Positions 27,059-35,021 of a stretch of 37,260 bases of DNA are shown here, in pieces. Origin of the DNA: Chloroflexota bacterium (GTDB lineage Bacteria > Chloroflexota > Chloroflexia > QHBQ01); assembly GCA_043754535.1 (NCBI GenBank), contig JAYUUN010000070.1, forward strand, positions 1 through 37,260, in the 5' to 3' direction. Both the position numbers and the translations under genes were made by a program. Numbering within the stretch: position 1 is the first letter of the stretch; every line of letters starts with the position of its first letter. The notes below the pieces were generated by a model. That model was not told the origin of the DNA and did no database searches. It saw only the letters and a list, made by a program, of their open reading frames with translations.

Positions 27059-27275
27059 AGCAGCTCCTTAACCTGGTGATGATCTGGATGAGATTGTTAA
27101 CGACTTGTGACCTTGAGGGGATCAAGGTTACCAGCCTCCTTCTGCCACTACTGCGGACTGCTGTTCGCCGACATGTAGACAGCATCCCCTCCTTTGCTGG
27201 CTCTCGGTTAGCCGCTATTATACACCATCTCTCCACCCACGAGCAGAGCCAGCGGCGGTAGCAGATTGCCCCTGC

Positions 27276-27480
27276 TCAGAAGCGATCCATTGAGCGGGGG
27301 ATCAGGAAGTAGAGTGAGGCGAGGGCATAGAAGACCAGGGAGGCTTCGATGCTGAAGAAGGAGAGGATGAAGGTGAGGGTGTAGAAGACTGGCCCGAACA
27401 GGTAGGAGCGGGTCATTGCGCGCACCTGTTCGCCGCTGCTGCTCGTCCTGGGCGGCCAGTTGCTTCGGTTCTGCCATCAT
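27276..27480 (-). pseudogene. Internally deleted and frameshifted membrane-protein gene, TMEM175 (DUF1211)-like C-terminus
   Basis: A promoter (TATAAT 27513-27508), RBS (CAGGAG) and start MMAEPKQLAAQDEQQ are followed, in another frame, by SGEQVRAMTRSYLFGPVFYTLTFILSFFSIEASLVFYALASLYFLIPRSMDRF* (two TM helices). Confidence 0.55.
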
Positions 27481-27575
27481 GCGCTACTCTCCTGTTGGTT
27501 TGCGGCCATTATACGCCAACAGGGTAGGTAGTAGAGGTGGGGGCAGCGTTAGGGATTTCGTTTGAACTGGGCCTG

Positions 27576-29228
27576 CTACTCGCGGTTGCCGAGGGCGGCG
27601 GGGTCGTAGTTGTTGCCATAGTTCCAGAGCATCCAACCACTGGTATTGTACTGGCTGGCAGTTGCGGTCTGCGCCTTCACCTCGTTGGGGCCGTAGGGAA
27701 CGTTGTTGGAGGCGAAGGCTTGCAGCCACGGGCGCACCCGGCCATGCAGCAGGCTGATGCGGGCCTGCGACCGCTTCAAGGCCCAGGCGATGATCTCCGC
27801 CGGGTGCTGCTCTGGCAGGTCGTAGCCGAGGAAGCCCTTGCCGTAGGAGGTAGGGAACAGGGTGGGGCAGATGTAGTCGGCGTAAGCGGCCAGGCTCTCC
27901 AACTCCTGCCCTCCCCCCTGATCGCCTTTGTTGGAGACGACCAGGCCGTAGGTGTTGGCCGCGACGAAGCCACCAAGCGGGCCGACCGCCTTCTGCGCTT
28001 CGATGTAGAAGGCTTGCAGCGCATCTGCCTGCCTGCCTGCCCCGGTGTCCGCGTCGTTCAGGTTGCCAGCGGTGGGGAACCAGGCCGAGTCGAACTGCAC
28101 CTCGTCAAAGCCGCGGGCGATCACCTCTTTGGCGACCGCCAGGTTGTACTCCACGGCGGCGGGGTTGAGCGGGTTGAGCCAGCGGCTGCCATTCGCGTCC
28201 GTCCAGGGGGTGCGGCGGCTGATGCTCTGGATTGCCCAATCGGGGTGGCGGGCGGTGGCCGCCGGGTCGAGGAAGGTGGCGATACGGGCGATAGCGTAGA
28301 TGTGGTGTTCCTTCAGCGTCGCCACCACGTCGTCCAGGTTGAAGCGGGGACTAACCTGCCCCCCTGCCAGCACGGTCGCGCTCTGGCTATCGTAGAGGAC
28401 GGTGCCGCTCTCTGGCTCTTTGATTTCGATCACAAAGGCGTTGATCCCCGTCTGGTCGGCTAGCTCAAGCAGGTGGGCGAAGGTGCTGGGGGTGGCGATG
28501 CTATCCGAGTTGACGTAGATTGCGCGCGCCTGGAAGGGATCGAGGTGGTAGGTAACGGTGCTGGTGGCGGCAACGGTGGCGGTGAGGACGCGGTAGCCGG
28601 GAGCCTTGATCATCAAGGTGCGCGTGAGATTGAGGTTGCCGAGGGTAAGCAGGAAGCTGCCATCCGGGTCGGCGATCATCGCCCCCACGGCGGCTACGTT
28701 GACGGTCGGGCTGAGGTTGCGGGCGGCAGCCATTGCGCCCGGTTCGCCAATCAGGATGAAGGCGGCTGGTACCGCCTTGCCCGTACTCGCGTCCAGGATG
28801 CGCCCGCGTAGGGCCACCGGCTGCATCGCCCGCTCGAAGGCGCGCAGGCCAATCGCCTGGGAGAGGGTAATCGCTTCGCTAGTGTACCCCTCCGCTGCGA
28901 TATGGATTACGGCATCGGCGGGCAAGTTCTTGAGCGTATAGGTGCCGCTCAAGTCGGTGGTGGCAGTCAGGGTGGGGTCGTGGCGCAGGGCGGGGATTGG
29001 ATTGGTGTCCGAGAGCGGCAGGTTGGTGGTGACAGAGATGGTGACCCCGGCCATCGGCTGGCGCGAGTAAGCGTCGTAGAGCAGCCCTGTGGTGTAGCGT
29101 TCTGGCACAAACTGGTAGTAAGCCAGGCCCAGCCCAGCGAGGAGAGCGACCAGCAGGTAGGGCAGCGGGTTGACCCGCCGCTTCTGCTCCTCATCCTGAT
29201 AGTAACCCCAGTTGTCCTTGCCTGCCAT
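27576..29228 (-). CDS. Membrane-anchored putative glycoside hydrolase (DUF4015-like) with carboxypeptidase-regulatory-like domains
   Basis: TM helix, two G..D..S/T..P prealbumin-like modules, and IARI.TF.D, GFDEVQFD..FP, DYICP..FP, RPWLQAF and GWMLWN. Confidence 0.78.
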   Translation of the reverse strand: MAGKDNWGYYQDEEQKRRVNPLPYLLVALLAGLGLAYYQFVPERYTTGLLYDAYSRQPMAGVTISVTTNLPLSDTNPIPALRHDPTLTATTDLSGTYTLKNLPADAVIHIAAEGYTSEAITLSQAIGLRAFERAMQPVALRGRILDASTGKAVPAAFILIGEPGAMAAARNLSPTVNVAAVGAMIADPDGSFLLTLGNLNLTRTLMIKAPGYRVLTATVAATSTVTYHLDPFQARAIYVNSDSIATPSTFAHLLELADQTGINAFVIEIKEPESGTVLYDSQSATVLAGGQVSPRFNLDDVVATLKEHHIYAIARIATFLDPAATARHPDWAIQSISRRTPWTDANGSRWLNPLNPAAVEYNLAVAKEVIARGFDEVQFDSAWFPTAGNLNDADTGAGRQADALQAFYIEAQKAVGPLGGFVAANTYGLVVSNKGDQGGGQELESLAAYADYICPTLFPTSYGKGFLGYDLPEQHPAEIIAWALKRSQARISLLHGRVRPWLQAFASNNVPYGPNEVKAQTATASQYNTSGWMLWNYGNNYDPAALGNRE

Positions 29229-29305
29229 CCTGACCTCATCTAGCCCCTCGCGGTAGGGGTGGTTTGCTAGCCTCCCCTACCGACCATCATCATAGAGCAG
29301 CCCGA

Positions 29306-31594
29306 CTACGGCTTGGGCTTGGGGTCGAAAGCGTCTGGGTAGACGTACTGATTGGAGGCATCCCACATGATCCAACCCCAGGTGTTGGTCTCGGCGGCAG
29401 CCTTCTTTTGCAGACGGATCACATCACCGGTATATTCCAGGGTACCATTCATGGTGAAGTATTGCAGCCAGGGTCGGTACTTGGCCGGGTTGTCGCCGCT
29501 GCGGGCGAAGCGGGCGGCGGCGTAGACCCCAGCCTGCTTGATGATCTCGTAGGGGTGGTCGTTAGGGCGGTTGAAGCCCAGTTCGCCGGGGCTGAAGTGC
29601 GAAGGGTAAATCATCGGGGAGACGTAGTCCAGGCTCTTGATCAGGTACTCCCAGACCTGCCCGATGGTGCGGTTGACCGGCCCCTCGGCCTGGTCGGGCC
29701 AGAGCGAGTAGCCGAATACATCTGCGCTGAAGAAGACATCAGTGTAGCGCAGGTTCTCGTAAGCCTCGCTGAGGAACTTCTGCAACCACTGCGCCTTGTC
29801 GGGGTGGTCGCCAATCGCGCCCACAGAGTAGACCAGGCCGCCGCCCTCGGTGTCGGAGGGGAAGCGCACGTAGTCCATCTGGATTTCGTCGAAGCCCAGG
29901 GTCTTGACCTCGTTGATGATGCTAATCACGTGAGCGCGGGTGGCGGGGTTGGTCATATCCAGCCAGAGTTGGCCGAGGCCACCGCGGATCGGCTTGCCAG
30001 TGCTGGCGTTCTTGATCGCCAGGTCGGGGCGGCTCTGCACCAGGTCGCTCTGCACAAAGGTGCTGATGCGGGCAATCACGTAGAGATTGTGTTCCTTCTT
30101 CAACTTCTGGACGAAGGCGCGCATATCCTTGATGTAGACATCTTCGCCAGCCGCCTTGAGCAGCGGTATCTGGCTGCCACCGTAGGCGATGTTGATCCCA
30201 TGATAGTCGGCGGTCTGGTTGGTCTGCACATTGAGGACTACGGCGTTGATCTCCTTGCTGTCGACCATCGCCAACTGCTTGTTGATCAGATCGCTGGTGG
30301 CCGCGAACTCGGCAGTGAAGTAGACCGCCTTGACGTGGAACTGCTTGAGGGCGACATCCTTGGTTGCCTCGTTGTTGACTTGCACCCTAGTCAGCTCGTA
30401 ACCCGAATACTTGAAGTGCAGCATGGGGTTGAGCGGCACGTCGCGCAGGGTGTACTCGCCGTTCTCGTTGGTGAAGGTGATCAGGGTGCTGGTGGTAATC
30501 GGCTGCTGCAAGAGGTCGGCCTTCGGCGGTGGAGCGGGGGTGGCGGTGGGTGGCACGGGGGTAAAGGTTGGCTGGTTGGGGCCGGGGTCGGCAGCGAGAA
30601 ACTGGCGGGAGCAGTAGCCCTTCTTTGTGCCATCCAGGGTCTGCACATTGGCATAGGTGAGGTTGTTGTCGGGGTTGGTCGCGTCCGGCCCGACTACTTG
30701 AAGGACAGTGCCTTCGGGGATGATGCCGACGCGCTCGGCCCCCTTCTGTGCCGCCACGACCATCGAGAGGCCATCACCATCGGTGCCACTGACCCGCAGG
30801 TACAGGAGAGCAGCCGAGGCGTTGGTCGCCGTCGTCGCGCCAGTGCCAGTGAGGGCCTGGGCGAGGGGCGCAGCCTGTACTTTATGGTAGAGGGCTGCGC
30901 CAGGGGTGGCGGTGATCGGCTGGGCGGGCTGCTCTGGGGCAGGCTGCCCTTCGGGGAGCGCGACGCGCACCATCACGTTGGGCAGCGGCTTGCCAGTCGT
31001 GCCATCCGTTACCCTACCACGGAGGGTGCTGGGGATCAGGCTGGCCGTCACCTGGGCGAGGCTGGCGGTGTCTACTGTCGCCTCATGATAGTCGGGCGCA
31101 TTGACCTTGAGGCTGGCACCGGGGTCGAGGCTGGCGAAGCTGTAGCCACCGTTCGCATCGGTGCTGGCGTTGGCCGCGCCGCCGCTGATGGTCGCGCCCA
31201 CAATCGGCTTGCCGCTGAAGGCATCGGTGACGCTGAGGTTGAGGCTACGACCTGCCGTGGGCTGGGTGGCGGTCGGCAGGGCAGGGGGAGGGCTGGCAGT
31301 GGCGGCAGCAAGGGCGAGATCGCTGGTGCCAGTTGGTTGGCTGTCGCTGGCGGGCGTATTGTTGGTCGCTACTGTGCCGCTGCTGCCAGCTGTGACAGTG
31401 CTAGTGGTGAGGGTGCCGCTACTATTGGCGGCTGCAACGGGGGTGTTGCTGGCGGAGGTGCTACTGCTGGCGAGCGGGGTAGCAGGCGCGCTGCTGCCGA
31501 ACAGGTCGCAGCCACTAAGCAGCAGGCTGATCACCAGCATGGTGGGGAGGAGCAGGCCGCGCTTGCGCCCTGCCAGACTGTTGAAACTAGGCAC
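29306..31594 (-). CDS. Lipoprotein putative glycoside hydrolase (DUF4015-like) with a Ser/Thr linker, carboxypeptidase-regulatory-like domains and an SH3-like domain
   Basis: GTG 31594 with a GAAGGAG RBS, lipobox LLSG-C, and motifs GFDEIQMDYVRFP, SADVFG, IGQ, DYVSPMIYPSHF, RPWLQYF and GWIMWD. Confidence 0.8.
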   Translation of the reverse strand: MPSFNSLAGRKRGLLLPTMLVISLLLSGCDLFGSSAPATPLASSSTSASNTPVAAANSSGTLTTSTVTAGSSGTVATNNTPASDSQPTGTSDLALAAATASPPPALPTATQPTAGRSLNLSVTDAFSGKPIVGATISGGAANASTDANGGYSFASLDPGASLKVNAPDYHEATVDTASLAQVTASLIPSTLRGRVTDGTTGKPLPNVMVRVALPEGQPAPEQPAQPITATPGAALYHKVQAAPLAQALTGTGATTATNASAALLYLRVSGTDGDGLSMVVAAQKGAERVGIIPEGTVLQVVGPDATNPDNNLTYANVQTLDGTKKGYCSRQFLAADPGPNQPTFTPVPPTATPAPPPKADLLQQPITTSTLITFTNENGEYTLRDVPLNPMLHFKYSGYELTRVQVNNEATKDVALKQFHVKAVYFTAEFAATSDLINKQLAMVDSKEINAVVLNVQTNQTADYHGINIAYGGSQIPLLKAAGEDVYIKDMRAFVQKLKKEHNLYVIARISTFVQSDLVQSRPDLAIKNASTGKPIRGGLGQLWLDMTNPATRAHVISIINEVKTLGFDEIQMDYVRFPSDTEGGGLVYSVGAIGDHPDKAQWLQKFLSEAYENLRYTDVFFSADVFGYSLWPDQAEGPVNRTIGQVWEYLIKSLDYVSPMIYPSHFSPGELGFNRPNDHPYEIIKQAGVYAAARFARSGDNPAKYRPWLQYFTMNGTLEYTGDVIRLQKKAAAETNTWGWIMWDASNQYVYPDAFDPKPKP

Positions 31595-31693
31595 CTTGTC
31601 TCCTTCACTAACGGTGATGACCCACCGTACAGGCAAAAAGTGGACGCGGCGGGCGCGTCTCTTACGGCAGGGCGAGCGGCCCCGGATGGGCCT

Positions 31694-31723
31694 ATTATGC
31701 CCTAAACCCGCGACTAGTGTCAA
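31694..31723 (-). promoter_or_regulatory. Promoter of the glycoside hydrolase pair
   Basis: TTGACA (31723-31718), N18, CATAAT (31699-31694). Confidence 0.65.
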
Positions 31724-31787
31724 GGTTGCAGGGTGCGCCTCTATGCTGCCGAAGTGGTCTTCAACTTTGTCACAGGCTAGCTGCCGC

Positions 31788-31823
31788 TTGACAGCCAGGC
31801 TGCTTGCCACGTACAATGCGCCG
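31788..31823 (+). promoter_or_regulatory. Leaderless-type promoter
   Basis: TTGACA (31788-31793), N18, TACAAT (31812-31817), 6 nt, ATG 31824. No SD sequence. Confidence 0.7.
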
Positions 31824-33449
31824 ATGAGCAACCCGCCAACAGCCACCGCCAGCCCGAACTTTCCCCGCCTGGGGGTGGGTAGCTGGCTACTATTGCTGCT
31901 AGCGGGGGGGCTGCTGCTGCTGGTCGGCTGGCGGGTGGCCGATTTTGTGGCGACTTCGAGCTACTGGCTGCCCTACCCCTTCCCGCGCCAGGGGTCGGAG
32001 GGCTTGACCATGTACGAGGCGTTGCTGCTGCGTGGCGGCGAAAACATCTACCTGCCGCTCAGCCCCACGCGCTTCATCTCGGCCCCTTATCCTCCCCTCT
32101 ACTACCTGTTGACCGCTGCCTTGCTCGACCCGCAGCGGCCCGACTTTGCGGCGGGGCGGCTACTTTCCTTCGGGGCCAGCTTCGTCGCTGCCACCTGCGT
32201 GGGGCTGACGGTCTACTGCGCGGTGGGCGGGAGGGCGGGGCTACCAGGACGGTTTGGCGGGGCGGCTCGGCTGCTAGCAGCGGCGGTAGCGGGGGGGCTG
32301 TTCCTCAGCTTGCCGCCAGTGCTGGTCTGGGCCAGCCGCTATCGGGCAGACATGGTGGCTCTTGCGCTGGTGGCGGCGGGGCTGGCGGCGATGCAGGCGC
32401 GGCCCGCTGGCTGGGGAGCATGGTTGGCGGCAGCCGCCTTCGCCCTCTCCTTCTACACCAAGCAGACGTATTTGGCCGGGCCACTGGGCGGCGGCCTTTA
32501 TCTGCTGCTGCTATCCTGGCAGGGCCGCCGCCTGGGCCAGTCGAACGCAGCACGAGGGGTAACGTTCAGGTTTGCGCTGCTCTGGGGCTGCGGGCTGGCG
32601 GCCCTGCTGCTGCTGCCCACCCTGCTGCTCTCGGCGGCGACGCGGGGGGGTTATTGGGACAAGATGGTGACTTACCACAACCTGCCCTGGGAGGCCAAGA
32701 CCTTCAGCCGCCTGCTAGCTGCTTTGCTGGAGAACCACTGGCCGCTGCTGTTGTTGGCGGCAGCCTACCTCGCCTACGAAAGCTATCGGCTGCTCAAGCA
32801 GGGTCGCCAGCCCACGATCGCGCGGCTTGCAATCTGCTTGCCCTATCTGCTAGCCAGCCTGCTGCTGCTGCCGAGCGGTGGGGTGGTGGGGGCGGACAGC
32901 AATCACCTGCTGGCGGTGGCCCTCGCGCTGGTGCTGGTGGCGGGCGAAGGGCTGGGCCGCGCCATGCTCGCCGCTGGGGGGAGCCGCCCGCTTAGCTACT
33001 ACTTGCCAGCGGCTATCGTAGTGCTGGCTATCGGTGGCTACCTGCTGAGCAGCTCAACCCCGGCGGGCTGGTATGGCCTCGACCTGCGCCAGCCCGACGC
33101 TGCGACGCAAGCGCAACTGGCGCGGGTGGTCAGCAATGTGACGAGCAACCCTGGCAAGGACTATCTGGCCGACGAAGTGGGGCTGCTGGTGCTGGCGGGT
33201 AAGCGACCGGCCTACGACGACCTCTTTACGATGACTGCCCTGGCGAACAAGCGGCTGTGGGATGAGAGCGCGGTGCGGGCGGGGCTGGCGGGCGAGAGCT
33301 TTGCGCTGGTGCTGCTGGCGAACGCGCCGAACGAACTGCGTCGCGACATCATGACAGCGGGGATGCGGGCCGCCTTGCAGCAGCACTACTACGTCAAGTT
33401 CGCCGACGTGTGGTACACCTACGAGGGCAACAGCCTCAAGCCAAAGTAG
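31824..33449 (+). CDS. Polytopic membrane protein, GT-C/ArnT-PMT-like glycosyltransferase
   Basis: YPF....EG..., YPPLYYLL, GRLLS, R.DM.AL and FYTKQT, with many TM helices. The ORF-track N-terminus (31161-31823) is antisense to the GH gene and is excluded. Confidence 0.7.
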   Translation: MSNPPTATASPNFPRLGVGSWLLLLLAGGLLLLVGWRVADFVATSSYWLPYPFPRQGSEGLTMYEALLLRGGENIYLPLSPTRFISAPYPPLYYLLTAALLDPQRPDFAAGRLLSFGASFVAATCVGLTVYCAVGGRAGLPGRFGGAARLLAAAVAGGLFLSLPPVLVWASRYRADMVALALVAAGLAAMQARPAGWGAWLAAAAFALSFYTKQTYLAGPLGGGLYLLLLSWQGRRLGQSNAARGVTFRFALLWGCGLAALLLLPTLLLSAATRGGYWDKMVTYHNLPWEAKTFSRLLAALLENHWPLLLLAAAYLAYESYRLLKQGRQPTIARLAICLPYLLASLLLLPSGGVVGADSNHLLAVALALVLVAGEGLGRAMLAAGGSRPLSYYLPAAIVVLAIGGYLLSSSTPAGWYGLDLRQPDAATQAQLARVVSNVTSNPGKDYLADEVGLLVLAGKRPAYDDLFTMTALANKRLWDESAVRAGLAGESFALVLLANAPNELRRDIMTAGMRAALQQHYYVKFADVWYTYEGNSLKPK

Positions 33450-33483
33450 AGGAGGGCAGCCAGCCAACTGCCAGCCCGCCGCT

Positions 33484-33512
33484 TTGACCAATCGCTGCCC
33501 AGCGTTTATACT
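33484..33512 (+). promoter_or_regulatory. Sigma-70-type promoter of the NuoC/D-like pair
   Basis: TTGACC (33484-33489), N17, TATACT (33507-33512). AAGGGGGA RBS before ATG 33545. Confidence 0.7.
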
Positions 33513-33544
33513 GGGCGCAGCCTGGGCGAGCGAAGGGGGAAGCG

Positions 33545-33907
33545 ATGGACGAACGGCAACTGGCGACCCTGCTGCAAGCGGCGGCGGTAGACGAGGGTAG
33601 CGATCAGGTCTGGTTGGAGTTCCGCGAGGGGTCGCCGGTGCCGCTGGCAGCCAGCTTCCGCCAGCAGCGGGCGCGCCTGGTTGGGCTGACAGCCTACGCC
33701 GATGAGGGCGAGATAATGGTCTGCTACCACTATGCGCTCAAGCTGGGTGGGCGTGAGCGGGTCTGCACCGTCAAGTTTCGCACCCACAACCGCCTGCTGG
33801 TCAGCATCGCGGCGCACTACCCTGGGGCTGGCTGGCAGGAGGAGGCGACCGCCGAACGCTTCAACATCCGCTTCACCGAGGCGGAGATCGGTGGGCTACT
33901 GGCATGA
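33545..33907 (+). CDS. Divergent NuoC/EchD-like (complex I 30 kDa family) subunit
   Basis: ARLVGLTA, V.YHY and SIAAHYPGA.W.E..T.E.FNI.F resemble the SI...YP.A...ERE..D.FGI.F motif. The GHP motif is absent. Confidence 0.7.
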   Translation: MDERQLATLLQAAAVDEGSDQVWLEFREGSPVPLAASFRQQRARLVGLTAYADEGEIMVCYHYALKLGGRERVCTVKFRTHNRLLVSIAAHYPGAGWQEEATAERFNIRFTEAEIGGLLA

Positions 33908-34974
33908 GTTACACCCTGCGCCTGACCCCTCAGCAGGTGGCAATGCCGCCCGGCGCAACCCTGGCCCTGGAAGCGGTCGGCAGCGACGTGTCTGCTGTCG
34001 AGTTCGCTGTCCCTGACCTGGGCCATGCCGACGAGGACGCGGTGGCTGGCAAAGACCTGGCGGCGGGCCTGGCCGAGGTGGTCAAGCAGGCGGGCGACGA
34101 GCGGGTAGCCCGCTCGCTCGCTTATGTGCTGGCGGTCGAAAGGATGGGCCGCTATGCAATCCCCCAGCGAGCCAACCTGATCCGTACCGTGCTGGCCGAG
34201 CTTGAGCGGGCCGACAGCCACCTGGCGATAGCCTACCGCCTGTTCGAGTTGGCGGGGGCGCACGGCTGGGTAGCAGAGCTTGCCGCCAGCGGTCGGCTGT
34301 TGCGGGAGGCGCACAAGCTGGCGGCCAACGACGAGCCGATCCTTGCCATCGGTGGGGTGGCGCGCGAGTTGAACGACCCAGCGGCTCTGGCCGAGCAGGT
34401 GGCGGTGGTCGAGGAGCGGCTGCGGCGCGGGGCCGAGTTGCTAATCCGCGACCAGGCCATCCTGCGGCGGCTAGTCGGGGTGGGGGTGCTGACCACTGAA
34501 GACGGGCTGGCTTTCGGGGCGGTCGGCCCCTTCGCCCGCGCCAGCGACGTTGCCACCGACGTGCGGGCTAGCAGCCCCTACGCTGCCTATGCCAGCAGCG
34601 ACGACTTCCGCATCACGCCGCTGACCCAGAGCGGTGGCGACGTGTTCGCCCGCCTGATCCTGATCCTGCTGGAAGCGGTCGCCGCCTTGCGCCTGACCCA
34701 CGCGGCGGCGCGCGAACTGGCGGAGGGGCGGGGGCCATTGCGGGGCGAAGCCAGCCTGCTCTCCGACGGTGGCGACATCCTGGCGCGGGTTGAGGCGGCG
34801 GCGGGCGAACTGCTCTGCTACCTGCGGGTGGCAGCCGACGGCGAAGGGCTGGTTGGCCTGCGCTGGCGTAGCCCAGGGCAAGCTAATATGCCGCTGATCC
34901 CCCGCCTGCTAGCCAACCAGGACCTGGCCGACGTGCCGCTGATCATGCAGTCTGCCTACCTGGTAGAACGCTGA
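33904..34974 (+). CDS. Divergent group-4 [NiFe]-hydrogenase large subunit/NuoD-like protein lacking Ni-binding cysteines
   Basis: RA..IRT...ELER..SHL, IGGV, GVG.L, VGP.ARAS...DVR...PY.AY, GDV.AR, VEA..GE, R.P...N and AD.P.I..S. Neither RxCxxC nor DPCxxC is present. ATGA-coupled to the upstream gene. Confidence 0.78.
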   Translation: MSYTLRLTPQQVAMPPGATLALEAVGSDVSAVEFAVPDLGHADEDAVAGKDLAAGLAEVVKQAGDERVARSLAYVLAVERMGRYAIPQRANLIRTVLAELERADSHLAIAYRLFELAGAHGWVAELAASGRLLREAHKLAANDEPILAIGGVARELNDPAALAEQVAVVEERLRRGAELLIRDQAILRRLVGVGVLTTEDGLAFGAVGPFARASDVATDVRASSPYAAYASSDDFRITPLTQSGGDVFARLILILLEAVAALRLTHAAARELAEGRGPLRGEASLLSDGGDILARVEAAAGELLCYLRVAADGEGLVGLRWRSPGQANMPLIPRLLANQDLADVPLIMQSAYLVER

Positions 34975-35021
34975 GGCTGGCTGAAGAACAACAGCCGCAA
35001 CTTTGCAACGCCGCTGCCCGC

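Noticed and set aside
24216..27480. RiPP (microcin-like) cluster around tldD-pmbA
   Set aside because: There is no YcaO or other modifying enzyme, no exporter and no convincing precursor peptide adjacent.
31628..31670. GGCAAA...GGACGC words reminiscent of a c-di-GMP-I riboswitch
   Set aside because: They are on the wrong strand for the adjacent gene and lack the P2 stem and GNRA tetraloop.
29264..31705. 813-aa plus-strand ORF
   Set aside because: It is the antisense shadow of the DUF4015-like lipoprotein and has no recognisable motifs. Such shadows are common in high-GC DNA.
31161..31823. N-terminal 221 aa of the 762-aa ORF
   Set aside because: It is antisense to the Ser/Thr linker of the hydrolase and crosses two promoters. 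The real start is ATG 31824.
31595..31846. N-terminal extension of the 846-aa ORF
   Set aside because: It spans the promoter region. GTG 31594 has an RBS and places the lipoprotein signal at the N-terminus.
33545..34974. Functional [NiFe]-hydrogenase
   Set aside because: Both CxxC Ni-binding motifs are absent, and there are no small-subunit, membrane-subunit or hyp genes in the window.
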